DNA of 64,000 bases from NCBI GenBank assembly GCA_951406725.2, contig OX597815.1, positions 25,792,001 through 25,856,000 of the forward strand. The letters run 5' to 3'. The stretch's first letter is position 1. Each line of letters opens with the position of its first letter. Source of the stretch: Octopus vulgaris (Eukaryota). Shown here piece by piece: positions 13,088-25,920 of this stretch. The notes under the pieces were generated by a model. The model saw only the letters and a list, made by a program, of their open reading frames with translations, ran no database searches and was not told the DNA's origin. The translations under genes and the position numbers were made by a program.

Positions 13088-13506
13088 ATGTGTGTATTTG
13101 TTTGTTTATGTACCCCAAAATTAGCGGTTCGATGAAAGAGACCAAAAGAATAAGTACTATACTTTAAAAAAAATATAAATACTGGGTCAATTTGCTCGAC
13201 AAAGTTCTTTAGTGGGTGCTTCAGCATGGCCGCAGTCGAATGATTAAAACAAGTAAAAGAAATTAAAAAATATATAAACTGAGTCTGTTAAAACAACAAA
13301 GCGATTCTGACCTAATCAAAAGAAATCCATAATTTTCCTCGAAATTGTTCGAAATTATCTTCAGATAGTTGTTGATTAGCCCTAGAGCAGCCTTGATTGA
13401 GTAGATCCATGACAAAAAGAGTTTCAGCCATGACCATCCAATATTATGCATTTTGTAGAGGATACTATATTTTCCAATGTAGTCTAAGATATCTTTTTTA
13501 AAACAA

Positions 13507-13737
13507 GGCGGCGAGCTGGCAGAAACGTTAGCACGCCGGGCGAAATACGTTGCCGTATTTCGTTTGCCGTTACGTTCTTAGTTCAAATTCCGCAGAGGTC
13601 GACTTTGCCTTTCATCCTTTCGGGGTCGATAAATTAAGTACCAGTTACGCACTGGGGTCGATGTAATCGACTTAATCCGTTTGTCTGTCCTTGTTTGTCC
13701 CCTCTGTGTTTAGCCCCTTGTGAGTAGTAAAGAAATA
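13507..13737 (+). mobile_element. SINE family 1, full length
   Basis: Complete head, core and tail, flanked by an imperfect direct repeat AGATATC..TTTTTTAAAAC. Confidence 0.9.
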
Positions 13738-16039
13738 GATATCATCTTTTTTAAAACCGTAGGTTGTGATTTAAGGAATATTAACTACTGTTTCTACCAT
13801 GTCGAACAACTCCATAGTAATTCTTTAAGTGGCTAGAGCTTCAATATATTGGCGTGATCGGGCATGCCTGGCAAAGTGCTTAACGACATTTCGTCCGTCT
13901 TTACGTTCTGAGTTCAAATTCCGCCTTTTTCTATCCTTTGTTTTTATCCTTTAAGGGTCAATGAAATAAGTACCAATTGAGCACTGAAGTCGACTTAACC
14001 CTCTCCCGAACTTGCTGACCTTGTGCCAAAATTTGAAATCGATATATCAGAGTGATTGGAGCCTTCACTGTCCGCTAGAATAGTCTACGAGTCATTCTCA
14101 TTGCGAGAAATCTAATTAAAATCTAATTAGCTTTAACTTAGATAAAATAAGTTGCCAAATGAGAGACGGTCTAATAGACAGATAGTTCGGCCCTGGACTC
14201 AAAATACACTAAAGTAGGTTGTCTTCTTTTTTTATACTTTCGAATTAAAAATGAAAATGCTCCACAACCTTTATAAGATTGAGGAGGGCCGACAACAGAA
14301 GATGTCGGCTTCATTGAATTAGTGTGGAAAGAGAAAATAGCTTAGTGGAGCTTACTTCACTTTAGACAATCAATATTGGCTGAAAATCACGAACACAAAA
14401 AAGTATTAGAAAGAAAATATCTCAAATGAGAAATGAGATTGTGTTATATCCTCGGATCTCAGACTAATTATCAGTTAAAGAAACCATAATGCATAACACG
14501 TAAAAACAAACAAAAAATCGGATTTCGGAAAGTCTTCGTACATAATGAAAATTTGAAGTTGATATTAGATCTAGTTTTATTGAAGACGAGCAAAATTACT
14601 GACTGTACAGTCGTCACTTGCAGGACAGTGCACACCATTTCTATTGAATTTCTCTTCATATGACTTTCATTCCTTTTCTCATTTTACAATCCACAATAAT
14701 TCATTTGGCTTGTAATTATTTCAGATTTCTAGAAGGTTGCAGAGAAATTCTCTAAGACTATCGCATGTAGCATTTACAAAAGGAATATGTAAATATATGT
14801 GTAATATCTTTTCTTCTCCAGCTAATAGTTAGAGATAAGTAAGTTTGGCTTGGTCAAAGTCATGCGCGAAAAAATGAACAACTTTTATTTGATAATTTCC
14901 AGTAATTTAGAAAAAAAACATTTCACCTCTTTAATTAATCAAATGTGGAAGTAGTAGCAAAAGGAAGCCAAACAGTTAGAGTCTGATCTAGCTTAATGTC
15001 AGTATTATATTATTTTCTTTCTTAGGCTTAAAGTAAAGTGAAAACTGTTACAACCAAGATTCGAAACCAAATAACAAAGTCAACTTACTGGATGCTATCT
15101 TCATTATAAAGCTAAGAGCAAGAAAATTGATGGTATTATTCGCTTTGTAATCAGTGGTAGTACTTTATAGCTGACGACTATTTCGTAAGCTTGCAATTCT
15201 GCGTTTGTATTTCACCGTAGGTCTGGAGAAAATGATGGGAAAACAGTCTTCTGTTCTTAAATCACAAGATCAATGTTTTAACAATTCAGTGCTTTTATAA
15301 GTGGAGGGGGTTAACCACCAATATTAATACTGATTGAGGGGCGTAGATTAAGAAGTAAGCCTAGAAGCCTGTTTCGATTTTAATTCGAGTTAATTCAATT
15401 TACTTACGGTCAACAGAGTCATTGATAAGTTGAATATTCCTACTTCCTTTCCCAGAAGGTAAGGCATTGTGCCTTGGCATAATAAAGTCATTGATTTTAA
15501 GGAATACTTATAAATATAAAATTTCAATGTATGTACATCATGGATACATGACAAATAGAAATTATATACTGAGTCAACAGAACGTAATTGGTAGCTTGAT
15601 TACAATAGAGCTGACATTTCTTAAAACAACCTCAAAAGTTTACGAGATAATGACAAGTTAAAAAATGAAAATTGATTAGTTGATACAGGTTGACACGTAT
15701 TCTTGTGCAAAAATAGAAAATGAAGATGCAACTTAATTTGTGGTTCCGAAACTACTTCTATCCTCTACATCATTGGTCTCATTAAGCTATATTCCGTGAC
15801 CGTTACTCACATCATTATATCGAATTACTGACATTAAGACCACGACTTAGCAATATTAGGAGAGAATCGGGATAAATGCTTGACAATATTTCGATTTGTC
15901 TCTGTGTCTTAATTCAAATCGCCTCAGAGTCGACAATGATTTAAATTTCTCTAAGAACGGTAGCACTGATATCGATAATACGTATATATTATACGTTGAG
16001 GCCTATCCAAATTGACTTTAATCCTATAAAAAAAAAAAG

Positions 16040-16190
16040 ACGTGGCACTCCGTCAGTTACGACGATGAGGGTTCGAGTTGATCCGATCAACGGAACAGCC
16101 TGCTCGTGAAATTAACGTGCAAGTGGCTGAGCACTCCACAGATACGTGCACCCTTAACGTAGTCCTGGGGGAGATTCAGCGTGACACAGA
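16040..16190 (-). mobile_element. SINE 3' part with Nin-like domain
   Basis: Minus strand TGTGGAGTGCTCAGCCACTTGCACGTTAATTTCACGAGCAGGCTGTTCCGTTGATCGG; same as 58525-58620. Confidence 0.75.
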
Positions 16191-16194
16191 GTCT

Positions 16195-16570
16195 CCACAT
16201 AGTTCCGGGTTCAGTCCCACTGCGTGGCACCTTGGGCAAGTGTCTTCTACTATAGCCCCGGGCCGACTAAAGCCTTGTAAGTGGATTTGGTAGACGGAAA
16301 CTGAAAGAAGCCTGTCGTATATATATATATATCTTTATATGTATGTGTGTGTATATGTTTGTGTGTCTGTGTTTGTCCACCCAACATCGCTTGACAACCG
16401 ATGCTGGTGTGTTTTACGTCCCCGTAACTTAGCGGTTCGACAAAAGAGACCGATAGAATAAGTACTAGGCTTACAAAGAATAAGTCCTGGGATCGATTTG
16501 CTCGACTAAAGGCGATGCTCCAGCATGGCCGCAGTCAAATGGCTGAAACAAGTAAAAAAATAAAAGAGTA
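16195..16570 (+). mobile_element. SINE family 2
   Basis: CAGTCCCACTGCGTGGCACCTTGGGCAAGTGTCTTCTACTATAGCC ... GCTCCAGCATGGCCGCAGTCAAATGGCTGAAACAAGTAA. Confidence 0.9.
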
Positions 16571-16713
16571 AACGAGGATCAGTCACCGTGGATGGCTGAA
16601 GTGATCGGGGATACTTTCGCACTTGGCATCTATATGAGTATGGCAGTAAGCAAGAAGTGGAAAGGAGTAGTCAATATAGAACTTATAGACGTATGAACAA
16701 TCAGCTGACTATA

Positions 16714-17104
16714 TCTCTCTATATATAAAGCTGAAGTTGTCCGTGTATGGCAGGTTTGGCAGCCTTCAACTAACACTATCTCCTCCGAGACCCTGCGGCG
16801 CAAGTTGACCAAAATTAAAAGTATGATAGAAGAAGGGTTGCTCTTCATTCCGTAGAAGAAAAAATTCAAATCCCACCATGTTAAGACCAAAAATTATTTA
16901 CATAAAAAAGGTGCTTTTTTTCTATGAAAATCACTATTTTTAACGATTTTTTACTGCTGTATCGCCATTTTTCGGTGTATTTCAACCAGAAAAATGTTCA
17001 CTTAAAGAGAACAACAATCGACACAATGCAAATTTTTTACTTTTCAAAAATTCCAATTCTATAGGATTGAAACAAATCCGAGCAACGCCGGGCGATACTG
17101 CTAG
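16714..17104 (+). mobile_element. Non-autonomous Helitron
   Basis: A|TCTCTCTATATATAAA 5' end; 3' end CCGAGCAACGCCGGGCG-ATACTG-CTAG|T (subterminal GC hairpin, CTAG terminus, A/T target, no TSD). Confidence 0.8.
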
Positions 17105-18014
17105 TATTAGATAATAGGAAATAGTCAAACCATGAATTAATAGTAGAGACGGTGATGGGCGGTGATGGAGGGGAACATGCTGGGTTTGAAACTGAGAAGG
17201 GTTTCAGAATGTTTGGAAAGTCAATGAGTTGATGATGGACAGAGGAAGGTAAATGTACTAAAGCTGATAGTTCAGAATAATGAATGATTGCATCTGTGAA
17301 CCAAAGCATCGCGGTGAGAAGCATGCAGCCCTATGTAACATCACTGTTGATGTGTCCAGGTGTATTTCATGTGTGTAAATACTTTAATATGTGTATCTGT
17401 ATGTGTATACATATGTGTATACATACATATGTGTGCGTAAATGTACTATTGTGCGTTTTTTTTGTGAAGTTTGTAGATCAATATTTGCCTGCAGACTTTA
17501 GTTATTACAACACAATTGATAAGGATCTTAAGGTCTTTTCATTTAATTCAACGAAAAATTTAGCTAGAGAGAGAGAGAGAGAGGAAGAGAGCGAGAGAGG
17601 AAGAGAGCGAGAGAAAGAGTGTAAAGAAAAACAAATACAATAAGTATTGACAACCCCCGTCTCCAAAAAAGAAACACTATAGAAAGAAAATAAGTTATAA
17701 ATAAGATATCATATACGTCTGGTATGTAATATTAGCGAAGTATCAGGTTTTATATTTGTGCTACATTAAGTGGTTCAAATCATCATTCTTGCATGAAAGT
17801 AAACTTATAGTTGTTCTTTTTTTATAAAACACACACACACACACACACATGCACATACATACACCCACAAACACGCAGAAATGTGCGTGCGCACTTATAT
17901 CAATTATATAAATTTCCTTATATATATATATGCATACACTCAGACAAACCTATACATAGATACATACATACATACATACATACATACATACATACATACA
18001 TACATACATACGCG

Positions 18015-18115
<101 letters not shown>

Positions 18116-18279
18116 GATGGACTCTCCCGTGGAAGACTGGAAGACGACGTATGAGCGTTCAGCATTTGCTGAACGATCTGCACAAATGACTTGTTTATAG
18201 TGATCAAATGTCCATGCCACACATTAGCTCACTCTCTCCATCAAGTCGACGCTGTCTGAACAGGTGCACTGTTCACAAA

Positions 18280-18511
18280 AAAAAAACAACAAAAGACGAA
18301 GACAGGTGGTGTACAAAACAAACAGATGTATTAGTATAACGCTCGGGAATTGAAAAAGGCTTTATCGTTTCGAGCCTACGCTCTTCCACAGAAAGGGACA
18401 CAGAAAGAAACAAGGAGAGAAAAAATGTGTGTAGTGGCTAGCGATCTATCATAGCGAATGCCGGATAGAAGGGCCACACAGAAGAGCTAAGAAGTAGGGG
18501 AGATAACAAAG

Positions 18512-18512
<1 letters not shown>
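18280..18512 (-). mobile_element. PLE 3'-terminal (pLTR) fragment with hammerhead-like motif at 18360-18395
   Basis: Homologous to 50312-50510 and 28810-29020; abuts (TA)n at 18514. Confidence 0.8.
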
Positions 18513-18569
<57 letters not shown>

Positions 18570-18881
18570 ACACATATACACGCGCACACACACCCATACG
18601 CATATATATGTATACGTGCATACATACACACACACACACATATATATAATATGATATAATACTACATATATGATATACAAATATATGGTGAATAAAAGAT
18701 GAAAGATACGAAAATTTTTATTCAATAATTTTTTCGACGCATCTAGTATCTGCCCCTCACGGGATATAGGCGCAGGCGTGCTTGTGTTGTAAGAAACCTG
18801 CTTCCCAACCACATGGTTCCACTGCGTGGCACCTAAGCCTTGTGAATAGATTTGGCAAACGGAAACTGATAGAAGCTCGTC

Positions 18882-18931
<50 letters not shown>

Positions 18932-20275
18932 TGGGTGCGGTGAATAAACTGTCGTCTAAATTGCGCATAAATGAAAACGCCTGAAAGACTGAAATTATTT
19001 GTTATAATCAGAACGACTCAATTAGCGCCCTCACATAAAGCTCTCTAAAATATCTCAAGTCGTTTCTATACTTAGAAAGTAGCATTGCGCTTACAGAAAA
19101 GAAAGTAAAAATTCATCTCGTGAAAGCATCTCGGTGCTTCATGGCCTCAGCGTTTTCTACTAGTAATCACTAGCCGATGATCTTAAAAAAGCTTCTTCCA
19201 TGCCACTCTGGAATCATTGTTGCTGTACGAGTTCACTGCTTGTACTCCCAAAACAGTATTTTGTTACGACCCTACATTTTCTTAGTTCATATCTTTCCTG
19301 GGTCAACTTTTGTCCATCTGGATTCGATAAAATAAGTAACAGTCAAAAACTAGGGTCGTGTTAATGAACCTTATCCTCCACCACAAAATGTGTGGCCTAG
19401 TACCAATGTTAGAAATAAATATCATAATATGGCTATTAAATATTTTTATACACTCTACTCTCTAATTGTTATCTTATTTTCCATTGAATTCTGTTATTTG
19501 TAAATCAGTTTCATCAGACTTCAATATTTTCATAGTGTAAAACCAACCAAATCGACTCGGTACATTAGTGGCATTTATTTGTATGGATCCCAGAGGATGT
19601 TAAAACCAGAAAGTATAGGACTCAAGTTAAATAGTAGAAGCCATTACTATTTCTACTATTCTATCGCCCTCCTCTGGAACAATAATCCTCTGTAATATTA
19701 TTAACGATATTGTTTAATTAAATTCAAGCAGAGAGGCATATATTTACAAGAGAGAGGAGAATGAGATCGTGTGACGTCCATATCTCTCTCAAAGGAAAAG
19801 TGATGTAAATGAAGTAAAATGGTTTGAACCAGACGAGCGAGAAAATTACTCTCCTTTAAAATCGCATTAAGTTACCTTTGGTCACACATTCCTGTATTGA
19901 TCAAGTTTTGTGCCATCGATTTCTCGGTATTCATTAAACTATAACGTCATTCGCATTTAAACTAGTTACAGTCGAATGAATGGTGGAATAGTTGGAGAAC
20001 CAGAAATAGTACATGCTCAAGGTCTTGATATTCTGAGTTCAAGGTCAGCTTCGCCTTTCATCCTTGCTGCACGACAAAATAAAGTATCAGCCAACTGAAA
20101 GGAGTCAATATAATCGACTGTCCCTTTCCACAAAATTCTAGCCTTGTGCTTATATTAGAAATTAAAGGGCGATGAACTGCAAAAATCTTTAGAGCATGGG
20201 ACAAAATGCTTCCATGATATTTGGTCCGGCTCTTTATGTATTAAGTTCAAACTTAGACAAAGATAACTTTGTTTT

Positions 20276-20319
<44 letters not shown>

Positions 20320-20336
20320 CTTTGTTTTTTTGACAA

Positions 20337-20397
<61 letters not shown>

Positions 20398-20487
20398 GAG
20401 ACATACCAAGAAGCTGATATGTATGTATTTAGAAATACTATATATATATATATAAAAATTTATTAAAAATGGAAAATGTTTTTTATC

Positions 20488-20526
<39 letters not shown>

Positions 20527-20791
20527 GATAGTTAGAATCAAATCGTAGGAGACAACAACAATGGATTAGTTTTTAGTACAATTGTTTTAGAAAATACAAT
20601 TGTTTTAAAATTAAAATAACAATAAACAGTAAAGATAATCCATTCTTGTATATTATTTTGTCATTTATAATCACCCCGCATTACTGTATGGTTAACACCA
20701 TATATGTAATTTTCAAGATGGTGTAATTTAATTATTCTTTTTGACATTCATAGTAAATTCATTGGAATTGACTTGAATCTTAATTGCTTTG

Positions 20792-20834
<43 letters not shown>

Positions 20835-20852
20835 CTTGTTTCATTCGATATA

Positions 20853-21200
20853 TGCTGATGCACCGCCGTTTTATGCTACACTGGATATTACGAAGAACCT
20901 CCTCTAATATGTGGCACTTGACCGGAGGAATGGAGTTTGACATAGCCGACTTTCATTTGCATCTCTTGCACAAATAAACTGTCATCTGGGACTCTCGATC
21001 AGGAAGATGTCCATTGTCTTTGATTTAAAAACTGTAACATCTACTTTGTGCATAGTTCCTCAGACTCTTTGGGTTTTAATATTAAAAAGCTGTTCTTAAA
21101 GGCGGCAGAAGCTGGTCCTGAAGCGTGATGCCATTGCTGGGATCTTTGGCACCATGCAGTGTTGTCCCGTTCTAGCATTGGTGTAGCTTACAATGCCAAA
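20853..21200 (-). mobile_element. CR1-group LINE 3' fragment (mosaic, see findings)
   Basis: Blocks match 41667-42010 (GCTGATGCACCGCCGTTTT, CCTCCTCTAATATGTGGCACTTG, CTGGTCCTGAAGCGTGATG, GCAGTGTYGTCCCGTTCT). Confidence 0.7.
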
Positions 21201-21464
21201 AATTTTTTTATATATATATATATATTCGATATAATTTTAGAAAATACATATTTATTAAGGATTTCCGGTAATGCATGCACAATGATATACTGGCTCCGAC
21301 CGGAGGGATATGATCACGACCGAACTACATTTTATGCGCATGCGTAAACACAAGTAAACTGTCGTCCGGCTTCTATCAAAGCTTATGTTTCATTGTCTTT
21401 CTTTCAGTAAATATTATTCATATATTCATCTTTGTTGTTTTAATATTAAAAGTATGTTCTTAAA

Positions 21465-21860
21465 GGCGGCGAGCTGGCAGAAACGGTAGCATGCCGGGCG
21501 AAATGCGTAGCCGTATTTTGTCTGCCGCTAGGTTCTGAGTTCAAATTCCGCCCAGGTCAACTTTGCCTTTCATCCTTTCGGGGTCCATTAAATAGGTACC
21601 ATTAATGCACTGGGGTTGATATAATCGACTTAATCCCTTTGTCTGTCTTTGTTTGTCACCTCTATGTTTAGCCCCTTGTGGGCATTAAAGAAATAAGAAA
21701 CGTTTGCACATCTGGTGAAATGCTTTACGTTCTGAGGTCGACTTTGCCTTTCATACTTTCGGGGTCGATAAATTAAGTACCAGTTGCGTACTAGGGTCGA
21801 TCTAATCGACTGGCTCCCTTCCCCAAAATTTCGGGCCTTGTGCCTAGAGTAGAAAAGAAT
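21465..21860 (+). mobile_element. SINE family 1 dimer
   Basis: Full unit to 21694, then a second partial unit ending GGCCTTGTGCCTAGAGTAGAAAAGA. Confidence 0.85.
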
Positions 21861-23053
21861 ATTTCATTGCTTGGCATACCTACATATGTGTGCCCCGCCG
21901 ACTTTCATTCCTCATAACGTACAAAAAAATGCATATTTTTTTAATAACATTTTCTACAAATATGCTTCAGATGGTGTACGGGCACACACTAACGCACAGC
22001 ACAACGCTGTTTTTGAAATTTCAAGTTTTATTTTGTACCTATATGTGATATATGTCAGTATGTGCGCATGGTCACCATTTTCTTTTCAAAGCAAATTCCA
22101 ATATAATCGTAATTTACACACTCTGAAAGGTATTTGTAGAAAATGTCGTTTTAAAATACCGAAAGTTATGAAAAAAAAGGGGCCACGTGGGAATTTTCCG
22201 AGACACCTCTCTTCATTACCTGGAAAAGTGTTTTCATAACAGATGAAAATATAATCGGAATCCAAACTATCTCTACCGTATTTGTAGAAAATTTTACAGA
22301 ATATCTATTTTCTGCAAGTTATGAGGAAACAAGTATAGGTATGCTCATTGCTTTAACATAGTAAAGTTACATTGCTACTAAATACCTACATATCGACCCT
22401 GCTTCGCTTCACTTTCATTTTGCATGTAACAATATTTGATTATATAACTGCGTATTATATATAAACAAACAATACACTTTCGGTTTGCATTAAAATGTTG
22501 ATGTGAATGAGACGGGCTCAATTTTTCACTACACATAAACTTAGATAGGATAACGGTATTTACGATGATATTGTGTTTAGCATTAAAAATGCTTCAAAAT
22601 GTATATGTGTGTGTGCGTGTGCAAAAATTTATTGACAGTATTTAGGTAAAAATCTTTGATTACTTTAGGTTCTGTTAATATAATTTCATTTAATTTTATA
22701 GCTTAATTTAACGCTTTCCACTATTGACATTCGAGCTTCTTTCATGTTGCATGTCTTGCCAACGTTGTTCGCACATGTATGGCATACGTATATTTACGTA
22801 TATGCACTATAGGAATATATGATACAATGAACTCACATCAAAGCAAAACGTGCTACCTTAAAGATAGCGTGTTCGCACTAGTATATATATATATATGTGT
22901 GTGCGTATGTATGTATGTATGTATACGTGCTTGTAGATATGTATATAAAAATAAAGATACATAAGTGTATATTAGTATTTGACTACACAGACATACACAT
23001 GCATAAACAGGTATACATGCATGTACAAATACATACATACATACATACATACA

Positions 23054-23191
<138 letters not shown>

Positions 23192-24019
23192 TTGGTGCGC
23201 GTGCGTTAGGTAAATGTGTGTGTATGTAAAAAAATGTGTTTATGAGTGTAAAATATTTTCTTTAAATTCTTTATTCGTTTTTCGTCTTCTCAACTTATGC
23301 AACGACTTGTTCACTGTTTGATTTAAAACACATGTAAATATTTCTAGAGTCATGCTTTGGTGATTAGATCACGCAAAACTTCTGTCGGAATAGTTTCAAG
23401 TGACAAATATCTCAACTCAAGAGAAATTTATCTTTCCAACGCTGAGTAAAGTAATCCGTCTCTAAGGGTTTGTTTTTTTTTTACTTCTTTCCGCATCTGA
23501 TTTTGGTTCGTTATAAGTAATTGCATACTGACTGATTACAGTCAAGCTGATGATGATATTTGTAATAATAATAACGGTAATAGTTATAATTTTTTTCGAA
23601 GATTAATCGCTATTTAATCCATGGGATATAAAAGTGTTTAACGAAATTAGCGATGAAGAACACCGAGGAACTGGAACTAACTTACTAACTATAGAATGTC
23701 CATATAACAAGCATATAGGGACTATTTCAGACACTGGTGTCAAAGTTCGGTGAAATTACCGGTTACAGATAAAATATAGGTTGGATAAAGTGTATTGGTG
23801 AGAAGGCTTGGAGAATATGAATTAACAATATTTGTGTATTGGCCACAGAATCAAACAAGAAATGCCTTATTTTATCATAATTCTCGTGAAATAGAATTAC
23901 TGTTATAAATGTTTATCTCAGCCGTTAGTATGAGAGATAAAATGCCTGGCGATATTTAGTTACGGCTCTTTGCGTTCAAATCCTACCAAGGTCAAATTTG
24001 ATTTTCATCGGGTATCAAT

Positions 24020-24092
<73 letters not shown>

Positions 24093-24197
24093 TCTACTAT
24101 AGCCTCGGGCCGACCAAAGCTTTTGAGCGGATTTGATAGACGGAAACTGAAAGAAGCCCGTCGTATATACATACATACATACATACATACATACATG

Positions 24198-24246
<49 letters not shown>

Positions 24247-24413
24247 GTGTGTGTTTATGTTTGTCCCTCCGCCACCGCTTGAGAACGGCCCTTAAGATTC
24301 ACTTATCGGCTTGTTTGACTAGTGAGTAAAATATTATCTCCTGGTATTTTTATATAGTAAGATACGAAGTAAAGTTTATTCACCTGTGTGTGTGTGATAC
24401 TATATATATCGGT

Positions 24414-24452
<39 letters not shown>

Positions 24453-24876
24453 GACACCGGTGTTTTCAAGATGTTGGCCATACAATTTTGAATCAAAGAG
24501 GAGATAAATAATACACAGTCAGACAAGCATAAGTCGGTACCTAAAAAGTGTAGAAATATTAAGCAAAGAAAACAACAAACAAAGAAGAGTACAATGAAAA
24601 TTAATATGCCAAAACAAAACAACAAAAAATAGAAGAGAATGCAATGGTACAGTTTAAATGAAAATGTGAAAATGCTTCCGATATTCTTCTCGTAGTACAG
24701 CGTGGTGGCAAAAGCTGTAAAGAATCAACTTAAATGATTTAGAAAGGTTAATGACAGTGAGCCTAGCCGGTGGCATGACACAGACGTTAGTATGAGGAAT
24801 AAAATGCCTGGCGATATTGCGTTCAAATCCTGCCATAGTCAACTTTGATTTTCATCGCGTACCAATCAAATATATG

Positions 24877-24925
<49 letters not shown>

Positions 24926-25695
24926 GTGTGTGTTTATGTTTGTCCCCCCCGCCAACGCTTGACAACTGCTGCTGGTATGCTTATGTTCCCGTAACTTAGC
25001 GATTCGGTAAAAGAGACCGATAGGATAAGTACTAGACTTACAAAGAATAAGTCCTGGGGTCGATTTCTTAGACTAGCACCCTTTAAAGCAGTGCTGCAAC
25101 CAAATAACTGAAACAAGTAAAATAATAAAAAAAGAATATATACATATATATATTAACTTAAGAATTAAAAGCAGCTATAATAATGTGAACATTATCAATT
25201 GCACATACATAGTGTTTCTGTTTCGTATATATGCCAGTTTGCTGAAGAATAGCGTCCTGGGAAAGCTCCCTATACTAACACTGAATTTTTCAGACCAGGT
25301 GAGAAAACTCGCCTCGAGATGATCGAAAATAATAGGTATCGATATTTCGCAATTTTTGTGGCTCCTCGGTACCATGTACTCGAAGCATTTCGAAACGAAA
25401 TGAATCGCCGATCTGGGACATATATTCAAATAGTGTGAAGTCTGTTTGCTAATGTCCCACCCAACTGAGATTTGCTGTCTATCAGTCACGTGGCATACTT
25501 TTACCGACTGTTGCTTTGAGCAGTACAAAAAAGTATGAAAGATCCCACACAAGTCATCACCACTTTAAACAAGTCACTGCGTGAGTTGTTCAGTGGATTT
25601 GCTTACTCCACGTTTTATCAAATTCATTCTGACAAAAGGAAATGAAAAGGAGAAAAAGTTAAACTCTTTGGCCACCATGCGTCAAAAGCAACGTG

Positions 25696-25740
<45 letters not shown>

Positions 25741-25746
25741 GGGGAG

Positions 25747-25920
25747 GGCGCAGGCGTGGCTGTGTGGATAGGCGTAGGCATGGCCGTGTGGTAAGAAATT
25801 TGCTTCCCAACCACATAGTTCCGGGTTTTGTCCTATTGGCACTTTGGGCAAATGTCTACTACTACAGCTTCGCGCCTTGTGAGTGGATTTGGTAGACGAA
25901 AACTGAAGGAAGTCCGTCGT
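25747..25920 (+). mobile_element. SINE family 2, 5' half (split by the PLE)
   Basis: GGCGCAGGCGTGGCTGTGTGG..GTGAGTGGATTTGGTAGACGAAAACTGAAGGAAGTCCGTCGT ends where the internal (TA)n normally begins. Confidence 0.85.

Noticed and set aside
21875-22345. MITE with CATACCTA..TTCCTCATAAC inverted ends (similar relics at 29340-29800 and 31180-31560)
   Set aside because: Termini are too degenerate to define boundaries or family.
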